64,000 bases of DNA from Camelus dromedarius (Eukaryota). The translations under genes and the position numbers were made by a program. Below are positions 38,072-51,086 of this stretch, piece by piece (position 1 is the stretch's first letter; each line of letters opens with the position of its first letter). The notes under the pieces were generated by a model. It worked only from the letters and a program-made list of their open reading frames with translations. It did not search any database and was not told where the DNA came from. The stretch lies in contig NC_087437.1 of the NCBI RefSeq assembly GCF_036321535.1, forward strand, positions 8,308,001-8,372,000, read 5' to 3'.

Positions 38072-38917
38072 ATTGGGATATAGTCCAAGCTCTCTCCAGC
38101 TCTGATGGGGTCAGCCCATTCTCCCTACAGTGGCTGCCACTTGCCTTGGAGGTGTGTGTGTGACAGCAGCTGTCCACCCCCAACCCCCAGCAGCTCCTCT
38201 TCCTCCCCTGCTCCTGGTTCCAGGGCTGATGGCACAATGTAATTCTTAGATACCATTTTCAGATTTGGGGGCAACTCGTGTGTGTCAGGGGGAGGAAAGA
38301 AGCAAAGATTCTGGTGATTAGAGGAAAGAGTTCCATTTTGCCACTAGTCCCTTCCTCTGCTCCTTGGCCAGGGTCCTTCTCCCTTCTCATTGTTCTGCTG
38401 CTGACTGTTGTGACTGTGTGACCACCTACCATCTTTTCATCTGTTTGGCAGCATGGTTCACATGTTCTGGATGACAGCAGAGACTGTGAGGAACTATATG
38501 ACTCAGCCTGGGAAAATGGCCACCTTTCTTTATTGTTCTTCTTTGGCATTTGTGTTGTTTTTAATTGCTCTTTCTTGCTAATTATCCTGGGAGACAGCGA
38601 GTGTTAAGGGCCTTCTATCAGACTACAAAAGAAGTCAGAGAGGACTGGCACCTTCCATTTTCAGAAAAGAATTAAAAGAAAATGAACCTTCTGAAGTAGA
38701 CATTGCTCTTTTTACTAGAATGAGGAAAATTTTCGAGAAGGCACGCACGCTGAATGCCTTAAAGGAGAGCTTCAATTGCGATGCTGGATGAAAGTGTAAC
38801 AAGAATTTCTTAGAGCTGAGATGACTGGAGAGTAAGAGGCATCTGTTATTACTATCATGCCCATTTTTTACTCTTTATCTTTTATGTATTGTGTATTTGT
38901 CATCTTTTTTAAAAATG

Positions 38918-39695
38918 TTTTTTTAGGGAGGAGGTCATTAGATTTATTTATTAATTTTGATGAAGGTACTGTGACAGCAGGCAGATAGCTAGATACGAGC
39001 AGAGAAAGGGGGACACAGACCAAATGGCAGGAATTGGGCAGAAAGGAGGGGCACGGGCCAAATGCAGGAAACCACACATCATGTAAGCACTAGGGATCTC
39101 TGAACAGAGAAAGAAAAGCAGGAACTTTTGGGCTGATAAGTGGTCAGAACTTTTTGGGTGATGAGTGGCCTGGAGACTGACAAAAGTGAGAAAATGCAGG
39201 AATTTCCAGTGTCTGAATATAACCTTTTGCTCATTATGCCCTGATTTCAATAAAATTAGCCTTGCAGATCAGATGTACCCATCATGCACCAAAGCCATGT
39301 CAGTGCTGATCGAGACTAAATAAGGACAAAAATCCCTCCTCCCTTTGGGAAGGTGGAGTTGGGATGATAAGCAGGGAATATGACCCCAAACCGTTCCCTC
39401 CCCAATAAATATTCCGCCCACTCATTTTTACACCCTATGTAGCTAACTTGCCAAAGAAACTCAGGGCAGCCGCTCACCTGAGCCTGCCCAGTCTCCCCCT
39501 TGAGAGTGCGCTATCCATCCTTTAATAAATCCTCACTTTACTTTTTTAACCACTACGTCTTGTCTCTGAATTCTTTCTGGGACGGGACAAGAACCTGGAA
39601 CACCGGTCATATCCACCGGCAACAGGCCTGGGGATTGAACCTGGCCCTCGTGCGTGCTAAGCACACGCTCTGCCAGTGAGCTGTACATTTCCCGC
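38918..39695 (-). mobile_element. tRNA-derived SINE split by the LTR
   Basis: Tail half ...gatgaaggtac at 38918-38969; head half (ggcc)tggggattgaacc...cagtgagctgtac at 39625-39695. Confidence 0.85.
38970..39624 (+). mobile_element. Solo LTR, family B, inserted into a SINE
   Basis: TGTG...CAACA termini, AATAAA at ~39524; SINE halves on both sides. Confidence 0.9.
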
Positions 39696-41649
39696 CTACC
39701 CCATCCCATCATCATATTTTTTTAGAAACTGCATTAACTCTTTCAGGAAGATTTCTGAGAAGTCCTGTTTGTGACAGAAAGATGGATTTACTGAATAAAA
39801 TATAATTCATAAAGATAATTTGAATATAAAGTCGAGTACAAGTTTATCTTTTCTAGAGTTGGAAGGTGAATCTGGTAAGTCGGACATGTACTCATAAAAA
39901 TTGTATAAGACATACTTGTGTGGAATGAGAGTAGATGTCAGTATTCCTTCTGCGTAGTCCAGTTAATTAGAAAAGAAGTAGAGAGGGGGGAAAAGCTCCT
40001 GGAAATAAGATTTAATTTCATATGTAATCAGAAGAAATATGCCAAGTAAATCATCACTAATTCAAATAGTCAAGAAAAATCTAGGAAGAGCCCTAGGAAA
40101 CAGAATTAGCTATGCAGAGGTTGAAGCATTGGCAAAATGTCACAGTTACAAATTGCCATTTTTTCCCCCCATGAGTCCTGAGTAATGCTTCGTCCACAAA
40201 TCCCAGAAGACTTTTCAGCACGTCTCAGCAGGGAACGCTTGTACTTGCCGCAGGAATTTCCAGCTAGAGAGAGAAGAGGCGGACTTTGGAAGGCCGGCTT
40301 CTTATTTTTTGAAAAGCTTCCTGGAAGTCTGCCACTACCCTTCATTTCCTCCTCATGGGAGGACCTGTGCCTGTCACCCCTTTGTCTCCCGCAGGTGCTG
40401 TAGGCCATCCGCAAGGGTCCATTTACACACAATCCTGTGGTGTGAAGGATGGCCTGTGGGCCTCTCTGGCCCAATAATAGGTTCCTGGTTTCTTCTGCTT
40501 CAGGAAAGGGAATGCCTTATTATCCCCTAACCTCCTACTGACAGTGCTTATTTGCTACGGTTCAGATAGCTATAGCTCGTGATTGAATACAGAGCTCGAA
40601 AACTTATCTTAGACAGGACCCCTCACCAGAGGACTCATTCCTGGGCCTGGCTGCTGGAAGTTCCCTTCAAAGCATGCTGGGAATGGCCCCAAAGTTCTGA
40701 TCCTGGAGGCTTCTCAGTGTGCTCAGGACTCTTCACAGTCGACACTGGTTATGGCTGAGACTGGAGATTCGCTTGGGGTAAGGGGGAGGCAGGGAGGTCT
40801 AGGTTCTGTGGGGTGCTGTTTTACTTCCTAATTTTTCTTCCTGATTCCTTTGGAGCCACTGGAATCTGTGGCTTTCCATAGCGGGTTGGGGGCAATTAAC
40901 CTTTCCCATTCCTGGATCTGCATTAAGAGGAAACCATACTATGGCATTTGAGGTGGAATTGGCATCAGTTTTCCCTGAGGAACGATACTGTCAATGGTTA
41001 GGTTCTGTGGGCCTGTTGGTAACAGTATAATTAATCGATGGTCTGAGTTGAGTGGGCTTCAGTGGGCTGTTCTACACTGTCTGTAACGTTGTTTCTATGA
41101 GAATAATATATCCTGAGTTAAGAATGGACTTAAAAACATTTGGAAGGTGAACCATTTCTCTGTGGGAGCCTAGGGGGCTGGCATGTGGCAGCCATGAGGG
41201 AGAGTTGAGGGAAGGCGGCCCCAGGTGGCATTCTCCTTGCTTGCAAGTTTCAGTCTTCTAGCTTTATGTGCCTCCATGGCTCCTCATTTCTCTGCTTGGT
41301 TTAGGAGTCTGAATATGCAATTCTCCAGTCAGGTGAAGAGGATTATTTTCTATTCATTCCCCCATCAGTGATTGCCCTAAAACTTTCTTTGTCTTCTTTT
41401 TTTAATACAATGCCATTTCATTTTTGTCGTTTGGTGAAAGGAGGGCATTAAAAAATTTTTTTTTAACTTAAATGATTAAATTACTGAAAGAATGCTGAAT
41501 TTTCTTAGTTGCATAGGTCAAACTTCTGGAATCCCTCTTAACCCTTTTTTCTCTCAGACAATATAACCACTAATTGTCAGCAAAGAATGTCATCTCTACA
41601 TTCAATATTCAGAATCCAGATACACACACACTTGCGCACGCGCGCACAC

Positions 41650-42095
41650 ACACTAGAATATTATTCAGCTATAAAAAAGAATAAAATGCCATTTGCAGCA
41701 ACATGGATGGACCTGGAAGTCATCATTCTAAGTGAAGTAAACCAGAAAAAGAAAGAAAAATACTATATGATATCACTTATGTGTGGAATATTAAAAAAAA
41801 AGGGACACAAATGAAGTTATTTACAAAACAGAGACAGAGTCCCAGACATAGAAAACAAACTTATGGTTACTGGGGGTGGGGAGGGATAAATTGGAAATTT
41901 GAGATTTTTAGATACTGACTACTTTATATGAAATAGATAAACAACAAGGTCCTACTGTATAACATAGGGAACTATATTCAATACCTTGTAATGGCCTATA
42001 ATGAAAAAGAGAAATTTATATATATGTATAAATGCAGCATTATGCTGTACACCAGAGATTAATACAACATTGTAAACAAACTATACTTTAATAAT
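41650..42095 (+). mobile_element. L1 3' end fragment
   Basis: EYYSAIKKNKMPFAATWMDLEVIILSEV followed by L1 3' UTR. Confidence 0.92.
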
Positions 42096-42229
42096 ATGTA
42101 AGAATTCAGTGACTTGTCAGTAGTCCCATCATGGGTTTTTTCCCCAGCCCCTGGAACGGTGCCTGGCACATAGTAAGCACTAATAAACATTTATTAAGTG
42201 AGTGAACAAATGAATGAATGGATGGATGA

Positions 42230-43810
42230 AATACTTTTCTGATTCTATTGAGAGAATCATAGGATCTGTCCTCCTTAAATGTCAATATACTGAATTGTAT
42301 AACAGGCTTTCTAATGTGAAACCAACCTTACATTCTTGGGAGGAAACACAACCTAGTCAGGCTGTATTATCTTTTAAAATAGTTGCTGGATTCAGGTCTA
42401 AATGTTTTATTTAGAATCTTTTTTTATCATGTTTGCTAGTGATATTGCGCTTTCTGCTACACTCTCTTTGGTATCAAAGTTGTACAAGCCTTATACAATG
42501 AGTACAGAGCGTACCCTGTTTTTCTAGTCTCTGTAAGAATTAATGTAAGACGGGACCAGGAAATACTTAGATTTTTGGTTAAAACTCACCTGTTAAAATG
42601 TGTAGGCCTGTTTGTGTGCATATGTGTGTGTAAATATTTTGAATATTGACTGTTTCTTTAACTAACTAGGGGGATTAATTAGTTTTTAAAAATTTCTCCT
42701 GATTCAGTTAGGATGAAGTTATATGTATGTGTGATTGTGTGGTTGTGTATATGTGTCTGTACATGTACATATGTGTATATATGTATTATATAAATACATA
42801 TGTATACATGGAAATTGTGCACTTCAAGTGTTCACATCTATTGGAGTCAAGTTATTCATAATAGTCTCTTTTTAATCTTTGTAATGATGCGTTTGTGATA
42901 ACTTCCAGTTTTTCACTTTTAGCATTTTTAGGGAAGGTCTTTTACTCTTTATCAGTCTTGCTAGAAGGTTGTCAATTTTATTAGTGTTTTCCAAGAGCCA
43001 ACTTTTAGTTCATTTATTCTTTCTCTGATTTTTTTTCACCCTATTAAATTAGTTTCTGTTATTTTATTTTTATCTTTTTCACCTTTATTATTTTATTCTT
43101 TTCTAGCATCTTAAGTTAAAGCTCAATAAATTAATTTTAAGGTTTTCTTTTTTCTCACAAACAAAATAATGAAATTTTAATAGATATTATTTCACTTTTA
43201 TTCAACTCTATATATTCTCTAATTTTCACTTTGATGCTTTCTTTTAGTCTGAATTACTTAGAAAATTTCTCAATTTCCAGATGCATTAAAAATATCTTTG
43301 TCATGTCATTCTAAAATTGCATTATGATCCACATGAAAATAATTATTAAAAATTACTGAATTTTACTTTATTGGTAGCAACTGGTCAATTTTTATATAAA
43401 TTTTTATGTTCTCAAAAAGGCTAGGTTTTTTTTAAAATTTCATTCTTGAGTTTAGTATTTTTTATATGTTCTTTTAAATATGCTTGTTAATTATGTTATT
43501 CAAATTTTCTATATTCTCACTATTTTTTGGTAAGTATAATAATCTAATATAGTAATAGCCAAAAGCATGTAAAAGTTCCATATATAATATATATTTTACA
43601 TAATGTAAAATTCCTTATATAAATTCTTTATATAATGTCAACATATTTCAGTTCTGTCAAATTTTGCTTTTATTTTAAAGCTATGCTTTAGACATGTACA
43701 AGTTTAAAATCTATATCATTTTGGTGAAATGATCCTTTTAGTCATGAAGTAGTAATTCTTTTTTTCTAATAATGCTTTTTGCTCTAAAGTTTTTTGATAT
43801 TAATATAGCT
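42230..43810 (-). mobile_element. Ancient, highly decayed L1 (L1M-type) ORF2 remnant
   Basis: T-rich strand with L1 antisense motifs (ttggtatcaaagttgt, cagtcttgctagaaggttgtcaattttattag). Confidence 0.6.
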
Positions 43811-44329
43811 ATATTATACAAAATAGCCTATTTACAGTTGTCTGTTATGGAGAAAAATTGGCACCAAGCAACAAAAATGTTTAATGTTAAGACATTGATA
43901 TACAAAGGATAATATATTTTTTATTTTAGAACACTATGCATCTATATAAAATAACGTTGTACATTATAAACTTTATAAAGAAAAAAGAAAAGTAGAACAT
44001 AACTTGCATTATATTGATACTATTTTTGTGCCCCCTGGATACAGATGTGAATGTATGTGTAGCAAATAGCCTGATATTATCCACCAGAATGTACTACTGG
44101 CTACTTTGGGTGGAGGAATTATAAATAGTTTCTAAATCTTTTTGTTCTCTTTGAAAAATGTATTTCCGTATTATGAGTTAATTATTTATTTTGAATACTG
44201 AACATGTTATTTTTATTAATAGAAATACAATATGGCTTGTTATTTGACAAAAAAAGCTCCCCCCATTATTCTGTAATTTTTGAGCTAGAGAAACAGGAAT
44301 TTGAGCTAGAGAAACCTTATTTTTCAAAA

Positions 44330-44555
44330 ATTATATTTTAAAAATGTTTAAAAATAAAATAAATATATTTATAAAATTTACATATATTAAATATATAAGT
44401 ATATATTTAAAAGTTTAAAAATATAAATAAATATATTTAAATATATCTATACTTTATAATAATTTATATATTAAAATATATAAAAATATAATGTATGATA
44501 TACATAATTTATATATACAATATATAAATATATAATAAATATAAATACAAACATA
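44330..44555. repeat. AT-rich low-complexity tract
   Basis: Almost exclusively A/T with degenerate (TA)n. Confidence 0.9.
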
Positions 44556-46012
44556 AGGTACTACTGTGACTTATATAAACTTTAATTTCTAAAACACAAG
44601 TATCTGGGGTGAATAGGAAGCTTGCATCCATCTTTCTTCCTCAACAAACATAATGATAAGCTCAGAATGGTATGTGACATAATGAATTTCAAAAATCCTA
44701 TGATTGTATGACTTTCTATTTCAAGCTGATGTATTTTAGAAAGACATAGTGGAGGATAGAATTCCAGAAGCTCAAATGCAAGGTTGTTTTTTGAACCATG
44801 AATGAATAGGGAAAAATCCTCTCCAGTTTGACCAGTTGCATGAGCGTGTTGTGCGTAGACTGTCTTATTTTGTTGGTACCCCTCTCAGAGGTTAGCAGAT
44901 GAATGTCAACATAGCAACAATATGAAACTGTCACTTGGTGGAGCTAGAATACTATGCAATTCCAATATACTCTTACAGCAGATTTCTTGGGAAAAGTGGC
45001 TTCACTGGCAAAATTCAAGACTAATACCCCCAACTGTCAAATATTGGGATACAGAGCCTTCGGGGAAGCCTGTTTTTATGGTTTTCTTTATTATTGTGCC
45101 AGAGTTTAAGTAAATGTCAAATTTATTGGGGACAAAGGTCTTTTGCTTGTTGCAGTCAGTACGTGACAGTCTGTTTATCAAGCTAAGTCAACGCTGTAAC
45201 TCCTCCCACCCCAGGAGTCAGGTAAATGGGTATATCATCTAATGACTGAATGATACCTTAGCACGTTTCATATGGCACCTAAAAGGCCATGATAATTTCA
45301 CTTGCTACGTCAATTACTGTAAGGTCAAGATGGGCTTTTAGGTAGTTTGTGATGCTGAGAACACAATGCTCAATAGATGTCACAAAAGTGTTGATAGATA
45401 GCAGCCTTGAGGCTTCTCTGGGCACGTTAGAGATTTTAGGGCCACCCAGATATTAACCAAATCTTTAAGATGACATGTTAAGGTGTCCATTAAATAAAGG
45501 CTTCTACAGACATGTGAAGTCCTTCCCAGGAATGAATTGAACTCTTTTGAAAAATTCTGATCACAGCCTTTCTTACTTCGATCTTTCCCAAACTGAAAAA
45601 TCAAAGTCAGATTTTTATATTTATGTATGGGTAGGTATAATTTTGTACCTTCATCCAGGTTACATTTTGCCAACTTTTTCTCTCAGGTGATGGATATATT
45701 CCAAAAGGAATGATCTTAAAATAAGATTAACACCTTTCATACTTAAGAGGTCTTAGCTAAGATACCTTGACTGCACGAATGGAATGATGAATTTAACATA
45801 GATGTGGGGGATTATAATGACACATGAAAAAGAATAATTGAGGGTTTTTAAAGATGTCTTAATTTGCCTTGATTCTGATACTCTCATATCTTTTCTTTCT
45901 CTTTTTTCACAGAAGACTTGTTTTTTTGCAGTGAGAAAGATTTCATTTGACCCTGTCAGTGACCCTATCTGGGAGAAGTGTGCACACAGGACAATTAGCC
46001 TTCTATTATTGT

Positions 46013-46616
46013 CAGGGTAGGTCCAGGTTTTGTGGGACTTGACTTTGAAGCCCTGTACAGGTTAGTGCTCTTTTATGTAAAAAGACACAAAATTACAAAT
46101 GCAGAATTAGGCATAAGAGTCTACATTGGTTTAAAATGAGAAAAAAGTAACAAATTGAAAATGTAGAAAAGCTGAAAAAAACCCTAGAACATCGCAAGAT
46201 CCAGAGAAATAATATTTTTGTTAATTAACTGCCAATACATCTGTATTATAATTTCCCACAGACTGTCTTCTGGCTCCAAATATTTGCTGTCTTGTTTCTT
46301 CTCCGCTATGCCTACAATTCCAGTCCGGATACCATAGCCGTGTTTCTATCGCTGTATGAATTCTGTCTCTCATCTTAATAAAACAATGCTGGATAATTCA
46401 CTAGAGTGGGCAGGAGTATTTTGGAATCCATTTGTATATCAGAAATGCCAATAATAACTTAGCTATACAAGGAAGTGACTGCAAACCACATAAATAACTC
46501 CCACTAAACTCAAATTAAATGTATCTCTAACTCAACATCCCAGAGTTCTGGAAGGGCCCCATGCAAACGAAGAGCCTTTCATGTGAACTTCATTAGCTCC
46601 ACAGTAATTTTACCTT
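46013..46616. mobile_element. MER53-related hAT element
   Basis: Ends cagggtaggtccaggttttgtggg and ggaagggccccatgcaa...cttcattagctccacagtaa resemble the recalled MER53 termini. Confidence 0.55.
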
Positions 46617-46989
46617 AAAAAAAAATCATTCTAGCATAATGTACCTCATCTGGTTAACATTGTCATTGTCTTTAGGGTGATTAAAAATCTGGAAACCACT
46701 AACGCTAATGACACTCGCAAATGAAGGGATGGCAACTTTGGGCAAATGTAGTCTTAATATTTATCGTATAAATGAGGACATCCCCACAGGGATGTTATTT
46801 CAAGATGTTGTTTTCTGAGAGTTGTTCCTTGGCTTTAGTAAACAGTTGCTGAAGGAAATAAAGGCATTAGGACTTTAATTCTTGCATATTTCTCTGATTC
46901 ACTCTCATTCCTTCTGTATACCATTAGAAAATATCATTAAAAATTTAGCTTAAAAGGCACAGATACTGTTCTATTATTTAACTTGTATT

Positions 46990-47220
46990 TTTAAAACTGA
47001 AGTACAGTCAGTTACAATGTGTCAATTTCCAGTGTACAGTCGTACATATACATGCATGTATTTGTTTTCATATTCTTTTTCATTATAGGTTACTACAAGA
47101 TATTGAATATAGTTCCCTGTGCTATACAGAAGAAACTTGTTTTTTTAAATCTATTTTATATACAGCAGTATTTGCAAACCTCAAACTCCCAATTATCCCT
47201 TCCCACCCCCTTCCCCCCGC
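46990..47220 (-). mobile_element. Short L1 3' end with TSD
   Basis: TSD atttaa(c/t)ttgtatt at 46976-46989 and 47221-47234. Confidence 0.88.
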
Positions 47221-47479
47221 ATTTAATTTGTATTCTTAATCTCACAGATCTTCAGCTCCCACAGGGAAGACCACTGGTTATGTCATGGTGCGTATCCACA
47301 TTATTGAAAGAGTCTCCCTTTTTGTGATCAAATAAAAAAAACCCAAACCCAAAACAACACAGCTTTGCACCACACACAAAATTGTGTTTGGTTTGATGAT
47401 GTAGGAAAATCTGACCCCTGAACAGAGGACCCTCTGCATGCCCTCCTTTTGTCGAACATTAAAGCCACCGTAATAACAG

Positions 47480-47995
47480 TCAATGTTGATCAAGTGCTTG
47501 CTGTCAGCCCGGCTCTTAGGTAAGTGCTTTACGCGCATTCCTTGTTTAATCCTCAAGACAGTTCTAAGGAAGTCGGTATTACTTGACAGATGAAGAAACT
47601 GAAGCTTAGAGGGTTTAAAAGACAAGCCTTGATCCATGCAGAGTAAGTGGCAGGGCTGGTGTCTGAATACAGACTTCAACAAAACCCACCCTGAAATATT
47701 GTCCCCGTAGCTGTGAAGAACGGCAGGAGAGTTTGAAACTCGTAGGTAGCACTTGAATGACCACAACTTGGGAAGTGGAGAAGCCCTCAATTGAAGAGAA
47801 AGAACAGCGAGGAAAGACAGGAGAAGCCCCGCACTGGGCTCAAACCATGTGGGTTTGTATCTTTGCTCCATCCTTTACTAGCTGGGTGACTCTTAGCAAG
47901 TTACCTAACCTTCCTGGACCTCGGTTTCCCCTTCTGCTAAGAGAGGATAATGCGAATACGGTGTGAGGATTTAATGCGCAACCAGTGCCTGGTAT
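47480..47995. mobile_element. Two MIR fragments in opposite orientation
   Basis: acagatgaagaaactgaagcttagag and gctgggtgactcttagcaagttacctaacc...cctcggtttccc core motifs. Confidence 0.7.
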
Positions 47996-49199
47996 ATGAA
48001 ACCCTAGAAAAAGAGAACACCATTATTGTCCCTTAACATTTAAGCTTTTTTGTCCTTTGAAATAGAGTATGTGGCGTGTGAAATGCTAAGTAAACAGTAT
48101 GAAGCAATTTCTTCATCTTTCTGACTTTTATAATACATACATTATTTGGTTACAGAACCTGTAGGTATATTGGAAAATGTATTTATATAATATTTACAGC
48201 AATATTATAATATCAATATAAAAACGCATTCTAGTTTCAGAAAAATGAAAACACTTCCTGGGGAAAATAAAATTTAAGAAGTTTATACCTTATTTATATT
48301 TGACTTTGATTTAAAGGCTCTTGCCACCATGTGAAAGAATTTCCAGTCCAGGTATGCTCCAGTAGATGATATGACTTTTCAAAGCTTAATCTACTATTTA
48401 TGTTATAAAATTATTAATATCTTGTAGCTCAGCAGAAACAGTAATATAACATAATGAGAAAAGTTGCATCTCCACTCCTGATACTCTTAATAAACACATT
48501 ATTCATTTTTCATTCAATTTAACTGCAAATAGCTATACTGAAAACATTGCCACAGGGCACACTTCTATTTTAGGGTGACAGGAAAATAACTCCTCAAGAG
48601 TCTCAGAAGTGAGAAACAAAACATAAATTGTGTAGTAGACAGAAACACAGGAAAGATTCTGATATCTACGAATAACTGTATTTCCCAGAGGAGTAAACAT
48701 GACTGGCTTTAATTAGATTATAACTGCTCACGAGAGCACGCTCTTGAACAAGATAAAAATACCTGACAATCCACGACTGAGCTTTTCTGTCAGCAACGTA
48801 GGATGGATTAATGCAAGTACCATTTCAAGGCGGGGCATTGCCTAAATGCAAACTAAGGTCTTAATCAGCGCCAACATGATGAAAAGCCACTCTTATAATT
48901 AGGTCAAATTCGATTCCATCTTGACAGTTTTGCATTATGTTGAGGTTTAAGATAGGATTGTTTCTGTGGAATACTCCAGAAGGTTCTTTCTTACAAATAT
49001 TTCTTACTTCACAAGTGGTATAAAAATAAACAAAAATATTTTTTTCTTTTCTGGAAGTTTCTTTTTAGTATATACATATACCAAAATATATATATGCACA
49101 CATATACCTATATATATATATACACACACATATACTTATATATATATATACACACACATACATTTAATATATATATTTATATATATATGTAAAAAATAT

Positions 49200-49288
49200 A
49201 TATTTTAATGGAGGTACTGGGGATTAAACCCAGGACCTTGCACATGCTAAGCAGAGGTTCTTCCACTAAATTACACTCCCACCCCCTA
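49200..49288 (-). mobile_element. tRNA-derived SINE with adjoining (TA/CA)n tract (49068-49203)
   Basis: atggaggtactggggattaaacccaggacc... Confidence 0.85.
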
Positions 49289-49782
49289 CTTTTTAGTATA
49301 TTGTTCCTCTCATTTGCTTGGAGAAACTCTCTGAACATAATCTGGCTTGCAATTAGATTTAGGGATTTTCTTTTATTTCTTGGGCACAGTGTGAGAGCCC
49401 ATATTTACTCCCTCAGTCACCCTTGATCTTAAGAATAGAGGCATTTTGCAGTTTCCTTATTTTTTTTAATGTTTTATTGAAGTGTACTTGATTTACAATG
49501 CTAGTTTTAAGTGTACAGCAAAGTGATTCAGTTATACATATATATAATTTTTCAGATTCTTTTCCATTATATGCTATTACCAGAAATTGAATACAGTCCT
49601 CTGTGCTAAACAGTAAGACCTTATTGTTTATCTACTTTAAATATAGCAATGTGTGTCTGTTAATCCTTAGGTATTAAACTGACTCAGTTTTAGGTTAAAA
49701 GACTTAGTCAAGGATTTTCAGGTCTTATTGGAAAAATAGATAATAGTCATTGACATGCTAAAAACCTAAATTCTCTATGATA

Positions 49783-49872
49783 TATTTTTTTTGATGGAGG
49801 CTCTGGGGATTGAACTCAGGACCTCATGCATGCTAGGCGTGTGCTCTACCACTGAGCTATTTCCCTCCCCCA
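49783..49872 (-). mobile_element. tRNA-derived SINE (short form)
   Basis: ggggattgaactcaggacctcatgcatgctagg...ctctaccactgagctat. Confidence 0.88.
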
Positions 49873-50905
49873 TTATGATTTCATAATTTACTTTGTTTTT
49901 GATACTCTTAAAGGAGAAAAAGCATCCTGCGTTGGGCAAATCTGGTCCTTGTAGGACCTTTATAAGTTATGATGTTTTCAGATCCATCTCGTAGTCTGGG
50001 CCCAGGCTAAACATTCTGCATAATGGATTTTATTGAGATCTTGTAATGAGTCCATCTGTCACCAGACTCACCATATTTTGCTGTGTTGAGTCAAATTTCC
50101 TGTGATACCTTTCAGAGCCCATTAAGTTCTTCCAAAGCCACACATGCCGTCTTCGACACAAATCAGTCAGGTAATTCAGATCAGTGAAGCAGGTGAGGGG
50201 ACACAGTGGTAAAGTGGCGGTGCATCCTCCGGCCAGTGGGGACAACAGATAGTCATGTGGCGTCCACTCTAACCAGACCTTATGATTGAAAAGACACTGC
50301 AAGTCTGTTCTTTTATGTAAACTCTTTGATAGTTAAATGTTGGCAGCTAATTACAAGAAAAACTTAGGAAACCAATCATGCCAATGTCTGATGGCCTTTT
50401 ATGATATCTAATAAAGAATTTGGAAAAAAAAAATCTGTCAGTCTCTACACTACAGATCAGCTAGCCAAACCAACATTATTGTCCCAGTCTCATATTCTAC
50501 TACGCAGTTCGTTTCTGGGTACTTTCTAAAATTAATGCTGTGGTATTTCAGCTACATATGTTTTTATATGACTAACAATACAGCACAGCCGTGATAACGT
50601 GCCACATTCAAAGGGGAAAGATAAGTGAGAAATACAGGCCATCGCTGAAGATCTGGCTCTCCTGTTTATTTAAACCTTTGGGCGTCTATGCTGCTGGGTG
50701 GTTAAGGAACAGATGGGGGAGCTGTGATTTAATAGCACAGAATTCCAGTGCCAATTCTGCCTCTAACTCCAGGTGCCCCTTGGCAAAAAAAAATCATCCT
50801 GTGCTATAGTCTCTTGTTTTGAGAAGCCACTTGAAACAATGAAGATACTCTGCAAATATAAAATGGTACCTAAAAAGCTTTTAAACTGTAGAGGATGTAG
50901 TTCTT

Positions 50906-51086
50906 TTAAAAAATTTTTAGTTGAAATATAGTCAGTCTACAATGCTGTGCCCATTTTCTGGTGTACATACATATACATGCATATATTCCTTTTCATATTC
51001 TTTTTCGTTATAGGTTACTACAAAATATTGAATATAGTACCCTGTGCTGTACAGTATAAACTTGTTGTTTATCTATTTCATATACA
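50906..51086 (-). mobile_element. Short L1 3' end with TSD
   Basis: TSD gtagaggat(g/t)tagttctt at 50888-50905 and 51087-51104. Confidence 0.9.

Noticed and set aside
37072..39624. Single provirus bounded by two similar LTRs
   Set aside because: Each LTR interrupts a different host element, and the spacer shows no primer-binding site or gag/pol similarity that I can see.
40090..41400. Possible ERV internal remnant
   Set aside because: Composition is suggestive, but I could not recognise any retroviral protein motif.
47278..47871. 197-aa minus-strand ORF
   Set aside because: Largely overlaps MIR fragments; no known domain or splice context.
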